In this document: positions 28,192-37,437 of the stretch, piece by piece
Numbering within the stretch: position 1 is the stretch's first letter
Layout of the letters: each line of letters begins with the position of its first letter
From: a virus
Strand: one strand, 5' to 3'
IMG/VR virus record: IMGVR_UViG_3300037088_000232
Length of the DNA stretch: 64,000 bases
Translations under genes and position numbers: made by a program
The notes under the pieces: model-generated
The model's database searches: none
What the model saw: only the letters and a program-made list of their open reading frames with translations
Told to the model about the DNA's origin: nothing

Positions 28192-29013
28192 ATGAGAATA
28201 AAAAATTACAAAGAGTTCATAACGGAAAATGTTGATTCTGATAGATTAGGAACAGAATTAGAGATAGAAGGAATATCTAATAAAGAAATCGATTTGATAA
28301 ATAAATTAAAAAGAATATCTGAAAAATCAAATGTTGAAGGTAGCCACAATATCTTTTTTGAAATCCCAATTGTAGTTGGTAAAAGAAGTGGGAAAGATGT
28401 AATATGTAATTATTTTTATCTTCATGATAATCCATATTGGCATGAAAATTATCTGGTATTTCATGTAATGTATAATGAAAGAAAATATAAAAATCCAAAG
28501 ATATATGATAAAGAATTCGATTTCAGTTTAATGAACTATTTCGATATTAAAAGAGGGGTACATTCTCAAAGACCTTATAAGAAAGGTCAATTCCTGAAAC
28601 CAGTAGCTATGAAATTTCAATTTGATCAGGACTTCTTGGAAAAAATATATGATTCAGCTTCTAAACTGAATATGGAGTGGATAAAAAAATGTGAGGAAGT
28701 TCAAAAAGAAAGTCGTGATTGGAGTAGACTATGTAATCAAGAGAGAAAACCTGAAATTAGTTGGGAAAGACAATTATATCATACGAAATGTCAGATTTTT
28801 TATCATAAAATATTAAATGTACAAGAAGATTTAACAGACATTAGACGATTAGAAGAAATGGAAAAAGATGGTGAAAAAGTTTACACTGAAAAAATGAGAA
28901 AAGAAAATGATTATATGAAAGGTATTCTGGATGATATATTAAAAGATCCTGATTCCAATCTGTCCAAATTAATAAAGAAAGATAAAGAAAAGAAAAGAAA
29001 TATTAATTTATGA
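28192..29013 (+). CDS. CTS-tagged hypothetical protein
   Basis: N-term MRIKNYKEFITEN; 273 aa. Confidence 0.45.
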   Translation: MRIKNYKEFITENVDSDRLGTELEIEGISNKEIDLINKLKRISEKSNVEGSHNIFFEIPIVVGKRSGKDVICNYFYLHDNPYWHENYLVFHVMYNERKYKNPKIYDKEFDFSLMNYFDIKRGVHSQRPYKKGQFLKPVAMKFQFDQDFLEKIYDSASKLNMEWIKKCEEVQKESRDWSRLCNQERKPEISWERQLYHTKCQIFYHKILNVQEDLTDIRRLEEMEKDGEKVYTEKMRKENDYMKGILDDILKDPDSNLSKLIKKDKEKKRNINL

Positions 29014-29312
29014 AAAATAAAAATAGGATTCCCAAATCTTTTACCTTAGGTGGACTAAAATTTAAAGTCGAAACAAAAGAGAAGGTAAAACCAGCTGGTG
29101 GATCGTCTGATCCATTTGAGTGTATTATTCAAATATCAAAAACAGTAAAAAATTCAAAATGTTCTGAAGATTATCAAAGACAAACATTTTATCATGAATT
29201 AGTACATCAGATTTTTATCGCGTTAGGTGAATTGAAACTATCTGATAAAGAGAAACTTATACAGAGATTTTCTTTATTATTGGATCAATTCGAACAAACC
29301 AAAGAATTTTAA
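29010..29312 (+). CDS. small HExxH-motif protein (possible minimal zincin)
   Basis: FYHELVHQIF; ATGA overlap with upstream gene. Confidence 0.3.
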   Translation: MKNKNRIPKSFTLGGLKFKVETKEKVKPAGGSSDPFECIIQISKTVKNSKCSEDYQRQTFYHELVHQIFIALGELKLSDKEKLIQRFSLLLDQFEQTKEF

Positions 29313-29335
29313 TTTTTTTATTCCCGAAAAAGTAT

Positions 29336-29343
29336 TAATTTTG
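29336..29343 (+). promoter_or_regulatory. Bacteroidota-type -7 promoter element TAnnTTTG
   Basis: TAATTTTGTAGT 20 nt upstream of 29363 ATG; same 12-mer upstream of 31066. Confidence 0.4.
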
Positions 29344-29362
29344 TAGTGTAAAAATCCTATCA

Positions 29363-30262
29363 ATGGACACAAAGAAACTACAAAAACAAACTGCTGATAC
29401 ATTCAAAGAAAATTTCGGTTACACACCATTTTCTGAGCGTTTAAAAGATATTACAAATGAATTCTTTGAACTGATGAAATGGAATGATATAAAGAACATC
29501 AAGGAAGAAACAGGTGACTTGATGGCTTCTTTAATCATGTTGGCTGAGGAATCAGGATGGAATTTTGAAGATTTAGTTAAAGATACTCTCATAAAAATAA
29601 ACCGTAGAAGGGAACAATATAAGACACTTGGTAGGAAAATAAAAGTGGCTCTTTACGGTGGAGCTTTTGATATGATCCACGATGGTCATATTCAAACAGC
29701 TAAATTCGTTTTGGATACCAGTAATGAATTCGATGAAGTATGGATTTTACCATGTTTTCATCATATGTATAATAAAAGTATGGCACCGGCCGAACATCGT
29801 TTGGAGATGGCTCGAATAGCCGCTGAGGTTGACAAACGAATCAAAGTGTTCGATTATGAAATCAGAAATAAATTTTTCGGGGAAACCTTCTATTTTGTTA
29901 AAAGGTTAAAGGAAGAAACCAATCTTACAGAGATGTATAATTTTTCTATGATTATCGGTCAGGATAACGCCAATACATTCGATACATGGGTAAATTATCA
30001 GGAACTTGAAAGAATGATGAGATTTGTCATTATACCACGAAAAGGGGTCGAAAGGATGGGGAACATTGATTGGTATCTGAAACCCCCTCATATCTTCTTA
30101 AATAAGGAAAAAACGGGTATTATCGAAGCATCATCAACCGAATTAAGGAAGATGATGAAAAGCTATTGGAAAACACCAACCGAAAAGAAGAAAAATCAAT
30201 TATTGGAAAAATTAGATGTCAATGTTTTTGATTATATTTTAAGGAACAATCTATACCACTAA
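29363..30262 (+). CDS. MazG-like NTP pyrophosphohydrolase fused to NMN/NaMN adenylyltransferase (NadD/NMNAT-like)
   Basis: N-term MazG-like EETGDLMASLIMLAEESGWNFEDL..KINRR; C-term LYGGAFDMIHDGH ((H/T)xGH) and ASSTELR (ISSTxIR). Confidence 0.65.
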   Translation: MDTKKLQKQTADTFKENFGYTPFSERLKDITNEFFELMKWNDIKNIKEETGDLMASLIMLAEESGWNFEDLVKDTLIKINRRREQYKTLGRKIKVALYGGAFDMIHDGHIQTAKFVLDTSNEFDEVWILPCFHHMYNKSMAPAEHRLEMARIAAEVDKRIKVFDYEIRNKFFGETFYFVKRLKEETNLTEMYNFSMIIGQDNANTFDTWVNYQELERMMRFVIIPRKGVERMGNIDWYLKPPHIFLNKEKTGIIEASSTELRKMMKSYWKTPTEKKKNQLLEKLDVNVFDYILRNNLYH

Positions 30263-30996
30263 ACATAATTCGATATTCTGTAAGAGGTGTGAGTTTGTTT
30301 TAATAACACATTATTATCTTTTAAATTATAAAATAATACCTTCTCATTAATATTCACATTCTCCCTTTTCGACAATAAGATATTTTTCAGGTTCAAGAAT
30401 GTATTACAATATATATCCATGTTGTTTTCATTTCCGAAGGCGAATTGATCCCAAATCCAATCATTTATCACCCTATTCCCAACAAAAGGATCTAATCTAA
30501 GATATAAAGCATTATTCTGAATAGAATCTTTTATTTCCGTTTCATCAATAGAATTAAACACATAAGGTTGGATAATACTACACTCCATTTTTTCTCCAAA
30601 GTTTAAATCAAATCTGGTTCTGATAACCAGATCATACTTAATCCCACTTCTTTTTTGATATTCCAATCTTAATCTATTGACATTGTGTAATTTATAAAAC
30701 ATGGGAAACATACTCGGAAGAATATCTTTTATTTGATTATCATTTAAAAAATTTGAAAAATCATTCAATTGTTCTTTCATATCTGTGAAGTTCTCGAATT
30801 TACTGTTGATTGGTTTATATAAATTCAAAATATCAGATACGGAAATATCTTTCTCGATCCAAGTTGATATAAACACATCCGGACAAAATGGTTCTATGAG
30901 TGTTTTGTATATCGAATCGTAAAAATATTTGTAATTATCTGGACATTTGCCACATATAAGTAGAGCCGTTTTCATTATTTTTATATATTTTATCAA
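30259..30996 (-). CDS. hypothetical protein
   Basis: 245-aa ORF, ATGA-type overlap with 29363-30262 stop region. Confidence 0.4.
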   Translation of the reverse strand: MIKYIKIMKTALLICGKCPDNYKYFYDSIYKTLIEPFCPDVFISTWIEKDISVSDILNLYKPINSKFENFTDMKEQLNDFSNFLNDNQIKDILPSMFPMFYKLHNVNRLRLEYQKRSGIKYDLVIRTRFDLNFGEKMECSIIQPYVFNSIDETEIKDSIQNNALYLRLDPFVGNRVINDWIWDQFAFGNENNMDIYCNTFLNLKNILLSKRENVNINEKVLFYNLKDNNVLLKQTHTSYRISNYV

Positions 30997-31036
30997 TTTA
31001 TGTTTGTTGAAATTTTTTTATTTCACAAAAAAGCCG

Positions 31037-31044
31037 TAATTTTG
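31037..31044 (+). promoter_or_regulatory. Bacteroidota-type -7 promoter element TAnnTTTG
   Basis: TAATTTTGTAGT 22 nt upstream of 31066 ATG; TTTG about 30 nt further upstream. Confidence 0.4.
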
Positions 31045-31065
31045 TAGTCATAAAAATCAAAAACA

Positions 31066-31455
31066 ATGGAACTTCCCGGAATTTATAAAAGAGAAATCAT
31101 TGAAAAAGAGATTCGGAATAAACAGACCAACAGGAATGGTGGTTATCCGATGTATTTCAAACTCTATAAGGAGTTTAACCAGAAAATGAAGTCTGATTTT
31201 GTATTAATAAATTTCAAACCATTAATGAGGTTTAAAATTCGTTGTCAGATTACACTTCAATTCCTTTTCAAACCCCTGTTATCCCTGTTCCATACAGTAA
31301 CCAATTACGAAAGTAAATTCAAGCTTGTCGATGGTTCATTGGATAAAATCGAATCTTTTTCAAAAGAAACCACAATATACTTTCTCAAAGTGATTCCCAT
31401 TTTGTATATGGTATCGAACAAACCAACAGATAAAGATCTCGAAATCCTTAAATAA
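31066..31455 (+). CDS. hypothetical protein
   Basis: 129-aa ORF. Confidence 0.4.
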   Translation: MELPGIYKREIIEKEIRNKQTNRNGGYPMYFKLYKEFNQKMKSDFVLINFKPLMRFKIRCQITLQFLFKPLLSLFHTVTNYESKFKLVDGSLDKIESFSKETTIYFLKVIPILYMVSNKPTDKDLEILK

Positions 31456-31766
31456 TGGATAATATTATAGTAATCGGAATCGGACCAATTGGTAGTGCAC
31501 AACTCCGTACTCTTGAAATCGTTGGAAAGTTGGATGGTGCCGAAATCGAAATTATCCATGTTGAAAATTTAAATGAATTAAAAGAAAAAGGAATAGTCGG
31601 AGATCTGGTTATCAGTAATGAACCAATCATGGAATTAAGATCACTTCCACCTTTACCAGTAATAAACATTTCTGATTATAATTTTTTTACTGATAGTAGA
31701 AAAAGTAGATATCAGAAAAGAGAATTCAGGAAGCCAGCCACTCCCATAAAAAAGAGAAAGAAATGA
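31455..31766 (+). CDS. hypothetical protein
   Basis: 103-aa ORF, overlaps flanking genes by 1-4 nt. Confidence 0.4.
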   Translation: MDNIIVIGIGPIGSAQLRTLEIVGKLDGAEIEIIHVENLNELKEKGIVGDLVISNEPIMELRSLPPLPVINISDYNFFTDSRKSRYQKREFRKPATPIKKRKK

Positions 31767-32639
31767 AACACGAGAAACGAAAAGTAGCTCTCATTTCTGT
31801 ATTTGCGGCCATTTTTCTAACCACATTTAAATTGGGGATAGGAACTTGGACAAACAGTTTGGGTATTTTATCCGAGGCACTCCATTCGGGATTGGATTTA
31901 GTCGCCGCTTTGATTACCTTATATGCTGTCAAGGCGTCAGTTAAAGAGGCCGATAAGGATCATCATTATGGACATGGTAAGATTGAAAATTTTTCAGCCC
32001 TAATTGAAACATTCCTTCTGTTTATAACCTGTTTCTGGATTTGTTGGGAATCTATTCACCGATTAATCAATGGAAATGTTGATATAAAGATAAGTGTATT
32101 CAGTTATATCATCGTCATAACATCTTTGGAGATCCCGTAAACTTCATAGGACAGCTAAAAAATACAACAGTCCAGCATTGGAAGCCGACGCCATTCATTT
32201 TTCAACAGACATATGGAGTTCATCGGTTGTTCTTTTCGGTTTGATATGTGTGACGATAGGTAAGTTGGTTGGTATGAGATGGTTGTTCTATGCTGACTCC
32301 GTTGCCGCTTTGTTTGTCGCATTGATTGTTATTCATGTATCATACCGACTTGGAAGAAAAGCCGTAGATTCTTTACTTGATAAAGTACCCTTTGATGTAG
32401 CTAAAGATATTGAAGATGTCATAAAGAATTATGGAGATGATATTAAATGTTATCATGGATTTAAAATAAGACAATCTGGACATATCTACTATGTTGATGT
32501 CACCATTCATGTTGGATGTATTACATTGGTTGAGGCACATGAAATATCTGATGATTTAGAAGAAAAAATAAAAAAGGTTCAACCCTTTACTGATGTGACT
32601 ATTCATGTTGAACCACACAATCATCATTCTAAAAAATAA
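31763..32639 (+). pseudogene. cation-diffusion-facilitator (CDF) metal efflux transporter split by a frameshift near 32118-32140
   Basis: ORF1 31763-32140 has TM1-3 and HHYGHGKIE; ORF2 frame (TTG at 32178) reads LHRTAKKYNSPALEADAIHFSTD (CDF signature) back to a stop at 32118; C-terminal cytoplasmic domain intact. Confidence 0.65.
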
Positions 32640-33098
32640 TCAATATCCCCCGTTCCAATTAATTTTTGGAAAGTTATCTGGTTCATTTAATATCTTTTTT
32701 AGTGTTCTTTTTCTGTTTTCATTGATATTCTGTTCATCTGAATCCTCACCTAAACACGGCCTTATATATTCTAAAAATTTAATTAGATTATTGATATCAT
32801 CGATTGTTTCTAATCTAATTTGTAATTTTACTTTTCTGAAACGACATCCTAAAAATTTACTCGATGTTTCTACTTCACCGATATTATCCGATTGTTCATG
32901 TAAAATTCTATCATTTTTCTTATCATATCCTCGAATTATAATTTTACTCTGGGGATCTAATTTATCACTCAGAAAAGAATCCAAAATTTTATCTTTGAAT
33001 GGTATATCCCTTGAAAGAAAGTTATTGATAAATTGATTTAATTCTAATTCTTCTTCACTTTCGGTTGTGGTTATATTTTTCCCCGATTTTCGTATCAT
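32640..33098 (-). CDS. hypothetical protein
   Basis: Start placed at internal Met (MIRKSGKN) to avoid a 70-nt overlap. Confidence 0.35.
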   Translation of the reverse strand: MIRKSGKNITTTESEEELELNQFINNFLSRDIPFKDKILDSFLSDKLDPQSKIIIRGYDKKNDRILHEQSDNIGEVETSSKFLGCRFRKVKLQIRLETIDDINNLIKFLEYIRPCLGEDSDEQNINENRKRTLKKILNEPDNFPKINWNGGY

Positions 33099-33478
33099 TT
33101 TTTCAATTCCTTCAATTTTTTCTGAGCTTTTTTCAATTGGTTTTGGGCTTGTTCTATTTCCCATTCTCTATGACTTATCTCGGCATTGATTATATCCTGT
33201 TTCTTTTTTTCAATGGCCTTTTGAACCCTTTCCTTTTCTTCCAGAATGATACCATTGGTACAATGTAATTCTATCAGTTCTGGAATACCATAATCAGGAT
33301 AATTATTCGACCACCAAGTAACTTGACTTCTTGCAGGGCCTATCCTTGGATATATCTTAGCTTTCTTTATATCATCTACCCAACTATCTCCACTACCACT
33401 ATATCCCTTAGTCCTCAGCCATTTTCCGTCTTTACTTCTGACGGCATAGAATTTTAAATCAACTTCGATGTTTTTCAT
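33095..33478 (-). CDS. hypothetical protein with K/E-rich C-terminal coiled coil
   Basis: 127-aa ORF. Confidence 0.4.
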   Translation of the reverse strand: MKNIEVDLKFYAVRSKDGKWLRTKGYSGSGDSWVDDIKKAKIYPRIGPARSQVTWWSNNYPDYGIPELIELHCTNGIILEEKERVQKAIEKKKQDIINAEISHREWEIEQAQNQLKKAQKKLKELKK

Positions 33479-33891
33479 AATAATTTCAAATGTCCTGTTA
33501 TTTCATCTATTGTTTCTGGATAAGATGGCCCTATTGCAATACAAGTATTCGTTGGAACACCATCAAATTCGGTCAGACCAGAGTCCGTAATCAAAGAACA
33601 AGGTAATCCTTTATCTTTGGATTTTTGATATAAATCAAGTAATTCTGATTCACTATCACAACTAACAACAACTTTTGTGAATATACCATTCAACCATTGA
33701 TCCCAAGGACCATCCCCTCTATATCGAAAGATAATCATCTTCCATTCACCAGTTTCCAAATTTATTCTGTTTTCTTTTTCACATAAATCCAAAAAGGCTT
33801 TAAAAGAGGCATGAGCGCCCTGAGATACCATTTTACCTTTTCTCATATTGAGGTCTTTCCTCATAACAATTACTTGTTTCGGTTTTTCCAT
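33475..33891 (-). CDS. pth2: peptidyl-tRNA hydrolase, PTH2 family
   Basis: DLNMRKGKMVSQGAHAS ... LITDSGLTEF..IAIGP....IDEITGHLKLL matches PTH2 along full length. Confidence 0.8.
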   Translation of the reverse strand: MEKPKQVIVMRKDLNMRKGKMVSQGAHASFKAFLDLCEKENRINLETGEWKMIIFRYRGDGPWDQWLNGIFTKVVVSCDSESELLDLYQKSKDKGLPCSLITDSGLTEFDGVPTNTCIAIGPSYPETIDEITGHLKLL

Positions 33892-33947
33892 AAAAATTTA
33901 TATTTAGGTTAACTTACGAAGTTAACAAATTTTTTTGAATTAAAAAA

Positions 33948-34265
33948 TTATCTACAAAACCATTGATCTTTCGGAATATCATTATATGAATTAAATTCAT
34001 ATTCAACACCACCTATTTTTATTGTTACATTATATGGAATGAATTTAAAACAGATTGATTTTTCACCCATATCAATAATATCTTGATAGTTAATATCTGG
34101 AATGATATACTTAGTAAAAGATTGACCTTCAATTTGTTTATGTAAATATTTATCATCAATAGTAAATGAATTATCGAAAAGAAGTACACCGACCCCCTTT
34201 ACATTGTTATTTTTTTCGATAATCTTTAAATGTTCTTCTCGTGTTTGATTTATTTGTGTTGTCAT
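33948..34265 (-). CDS. hypothetical protein
   Basis: 105-aa ORF. Confidence 0.35.
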   Translation of the reverse strand: MTTQINQTREEHLKIIEKNNNVKGVGVLLFDNSFTIDDKYLHKQIEGQSFTKYIIPDINYQDIIDMGEKSICFKFIPYNVTIKIGGVEYEFNSYNDIPKDQWFCR

Positions 34266-34486
34266 AATTCTTCTAAAATTTCTTTTAATTTTTTAAATCT
34301 TTCATCATTAATAAACTGTTCGTTCCATAACTCAACCATTTGGTCACAAGTTTCAGAGTTCATTACTATAAAATTGGCTTTACCTCCAGTTTGTCTACCA
34401 ATGAGAAAAGTATTCTTCTCAGCATATTGATCTTTATATATTGGAATATTAAATACACCAGTTAATTCATCGCATTTTTCAATCAT
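34262..34486 (-). CDS. hypothetical small protein
   Basis: 74-aa ORF, ATGA overlap. Confidence 0.35.
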   Translation of the reverse strand: MIEKCDELTGVFNIPIYKDQYAEKNTFLIGRQTGGKANFIVMNSETCDQMVELWNEQFINDERFKKLKEILEEL

Positions 34487-34697
34487 CTTTTTCTGTATCT
34501 AATATTTCATCAAGTCTTTCTGACCTTTTATGATTAACGAAATCTTCAATCTTCATTTCTTTTCCATCACTACCAGTTACACCACCATAACCAATACTAC
34601 CACTGCATGTACCGTCAGGATGAACTATTTTTTCTTCTCTGATTCGAGTTATTTCTTCCCATTCTTTTTCAATCGAATTTTCTATTTCTTCTTTCAT
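34479..34697 (-). CDS. hypothetical small protein
   Basis: 72-aa ORF. Confidence 0.3.
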   Translation of the reverse strand: MKEEIENSIEKEWEEITRIREEKIVHPDGTCSGSIGYGGVTGSDGKEMKIEDFVNHKRSERLDEILDTEKDD

Positions 34698-34706
34698 ATT
34701 TCTATT

Positions 34707-35795
34707 TTATTTTTTCATTCTCCATTTATCATTCAATAATGAACTTTCATAAAAATCAGCATCCACTGTAAATCCTGTTAACCATTTAATAACTCTGACA
34801 TCCGCAGTTGTCAATTTTTCCTTGATAACTAAAATATTTCCTGAAATTCTTGAACAATCATCCGATGGAAATTCACATATACCTTTTTTCTTTAAGATAC
34901 ATTCATGATTAGTTTTCATCTTAATTTCAAAATCAAAAGGAATCAAATGTTTAATATCAGTTGGTTGATTATTTTTAAAACCAAAACATTTATCTTTCAT
35001 CACACATTTTTCACAATTCATTTCAGTGGGACGATAATAATGAGCATTGTAATCTCTTTCTAAATCGTGTGTATAAGATATTAAACAGGATGTTTTTCTA
35101 AATATTGGAATATTGTATAAATCTGATAACTCATCAAATATCTGTTGAACATCATTAGAAATTGATTTCTTATGTCCAAATTTAAATCCGGGATATGGTT
35201 TCAAATCTATATTGCTTTCTTCCCAATATTTTACTACCTCAGGAATACCTTGTAATCCAGAATAACCAATTGCAATATTAAAATCTTTAGCAATACTGAA
35301 TACATTTTTAATAGTTTCAAATGAATCGTTTATTCCATAACAAATTGGCCTAAATTCAATGGATTTATGATATTTATATTTTCTAAAATTTGCTACTCGT
35401 AAATTATATGATAATCGTTTGTTTGAATATCTATCAAACTCATGATCAATACCAAAAGTTGAAAAAGCCAAATGTAAATCAAGATTGATATCATTCGGTA
35501 AATCGAAATCTAATAATTCACCCTTTGTAATTATAACAACCGGACCTTTATGATTTTCTTTTTCTAATTTATGTAAATACTTTAGTGTTTTGTCTCTTTG
35601 AATCAATGGATCACCATAAAATAAATTAATTGAAATGGGTAGATTGATGAAATTTTTATTGATTTTGGATGGTAGACATGAATATTCGAATTCAGTATTA
35701 TTCTGGGATACTCTACAAAAGGCACAACCCAAACAATTCTTAGTATTTCGACCTATACAACAAAACGATTTAGATATGTATAATTCATCTATCAT
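34707..35795 (-). CDS. Cys-rich protein, possible Fe-S/radical-SAM-related enzyme (non-canonical motif)
   Basis: N-term SFCCIGRNTKNCLGCAFC; further CEKCVMKDKC and CEFPSDDC clusters. Confidence 0.3.
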   Translation of the reverse strand: MIDELYISKSFCCIGRNTKNCLGCAFCRVSQNNTEFEYSCLPSKINKNFINLPISINLFYGDPLIQRDKTLKYLHKLEKENHKGPVVIITKGELLDFDLPNDINLDLHLAFSTFGIDHEFDRYSNKRLSYNLRVANFRKYKYHKSIEFRPICYGINDSFETIKNVFSIAKDFNIAIGYSGLQGIPEVVKYWEESNIDLKPYPGFKFGHKKSISNDVQQIFDELSDLYNIPIFRKTSCLISYTHDLERDYNAHYYRPTEMNCEKCVMKDKCFGFKNNQPTDIKHLIPFDFEIKMKTNHECILKKKGICEFPSDDCSRISGNILVIKEKLTTADVRVIKWLTGFTVDADFYESSLLNDKWRMKK

Positions 35796-36001
35796 AAATC
35801 TAAATTATCTGGAAATTCAAAATTATATTGGTATCCATCTTTCAATTCTTTATCATCCAAGATATTATCTAACTTTTCTTTTCTTTCAAAATTTAAAAGT
35901 GATTCTTCATCGGTGAATGTAATCCCTTTATAAAATACCATAAAAAACTTCTTTTTCTTCGTGAAAAGAAATGAATCGTTTATTTTATCTTCTTCTGTCA
36001 T
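35792..36001 (-). CDS. small protein with RKEKLDNILDD motif
   Basis: 69 aa; motif shared with the 5431-6937 array. Confidence 0.35.
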   Translation of the reverse strand: MTEEDKINDSFLFTKKKKFFMVFYKGITFTDEESLLNFERKEKLDNILDDKELKDGYQYNFEFPDNLDL

Positions 36002-36082
36002 GTTATATCATATTCTGGAACTTTTGTAATTCTAACAATAGAATTATTTACCCAAATACCTTTATTTTCTGGGAGTTCTTTA

Positions 36083-36196
36083 TTATCTTAAAATATTATC
36101 TAATTTTTCTTTTCTTGTATAATTTTGAAATTCTTCTTCGTTATCAAAAAATTTTCCATCATAAAGAATTGAAATATTTGATTCCCTTTCACTCAT
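36083..36196 (-). CDS. 37-aa mini-ORF, partial duplicate of 35792-36001 (ends RKEKLDNILR)
   Basis: Translated by hand; 27-nt near-identical DNA repeat (35861-35888 vs 36091-36117). Confidence 0.3.
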   Translation of the reverse strand: MSERESNISILYDGKFFDNEEEFQNYTRKEKLDNILR

Positions 36197-36392
36197 AATA
36201 TCATTATAGGAAAAAACAGAAAGATTGTTTTACTTATTCAGTTTCTCTTTGTATTCCAAAAATGTTCTTTCCAACATTTTTATAGCTTCTTGTTTATCAC
36301 AATCAGTTTTGAGATTTACCTTAGATAAGGATTCAACTATTCTTACTGAATATATGAATTCAAGGGTTAATTCGGTATCTTTTTGAAGTTGT

Positions 36393-36914
36393 TCAATTGT
36401 TATGTCCATTACAATTTGTTATTTTTTCTATGTCTTTGATATATATATTAAAATAACTATCTACTATGATATTAAAAAATTCATTAAATTGTTTAGTATA
36501 AGTAGAAATAGTAGTTATATTTTTATCAATCCATTTAAATTCGTTAATTTCTTCTGAATAAGAAACATTTTCGAAGATAACTGAATGGTTATCTTGCTTT
36601 ATGTGGGGTCTACCATGTTTAGAAACAAAATATTTTTCAATTAATGGATCTCTATCACATTTGAAATCAATAAGAATATCATTATAAAAAATCAATCGTA
36701 TATTCAATATATCAATATTTAGCATCTTGTATCTTTGACATACAAATTTTCTAACAAGAGGGCAATCCGTAGAATCTGTTATTTCTTTAATACATGGATA
36801 TTTAGAAATAACAAAATCCACTTTCGTTTTGTTTAATTTAAAATCACCCAATCCCGTTTGTGATTTTGTAGTGATACAAAACATTAATAGTAATATAATT
36901 AATAAAGTCCTCAT
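36393..36914 (-). CDS. secreted protein (signal peptide)
   Basis: MRTLLIILLLMFCITTKSQTG leader; 173 aa. Confidence 0.45.
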   Translation of the reverse strand: MRTLLIILLLMFCITTKSQTGLGDFKLNKTKVDFVISKYPCIKEITDSTDCPLVRKFVCQRYKMLNIDILNIRLIFYNDILIDFKCDRDPLIEKYFVSKHGRPHIKQDNHSVIFENVSYSEEINEFKWIDKNITTISTYTKQFNEFFNIIVDSYFNIYIKDIEKITNCNGHNN

Positions 36915-36978
36915 TCTTTTTATAGATGAAAACTAATTACTGGTTTAACATTTTAATATATAAAGCGAAATAAATTTA

Positions 36979-37176
36979 GTGTTTATGGATAAATTTTCAG
37001 ATTTACTCAAGGAAAATTCCGAATGGTTGGGTCATAAGGAATTAAAAAAAATCCAAAAACTTCCACAAAGACAGGATTCACTATCTGAACAAATGCAAGA
37101 TTTATATCATGTAGCCAATCATTTTGGATTATATGACGCGGCTGATTACATCCGTAAAAATTTCATTGAAAAATAA
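36979..37176 (+). CDS. small protein, weak CTS-like N-terminus
   Basis: MFMDKFSDLLKEN. Confidence 0.35.
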   Translation: MFMDKFSDLLKENSEWLGHKELKKIQKLPQRQDSLSEQMQDLYHVANHFGLYDAADYIRKNFIEK

Positions 37177-37188
37177 AGGATAATTATT

Positions 37189-37437
37189 ATGAAAAGATTT
37201 ACTCAATTTGTAAAAGAAGAAAAAGAGTACAGAGCAAAAGCCAGAACTGATAGATTTCATTTCGGAACTGAAATAACTGGTGTTGAAGTGGAACTCATTT
37301 CTGATTTGTATGGTAGTGAGGTTTCTGATACTGAAGTAAGAGTGGTAAGTGAGGGAACAATTTGTGTAATAGCTGGTGATACCATAGAACAATTTAAGAA
37401 AGAATTACAAGATGTAATTGATAAATACAAAATATGA
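37189..37437 (+). CDS. CTS-tagged small protein
   Basis: MKRFTQFVKEE; first of four overlapping CTS genes. Confidence 0.4.
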   Translation: MKRFTQFVKEEKEYRAKARTDRFHFGTEITGVEVELISDLYGSEVSDTEVRVVSEGTICVIAGDTIEQFKKELQDVIDKYKI

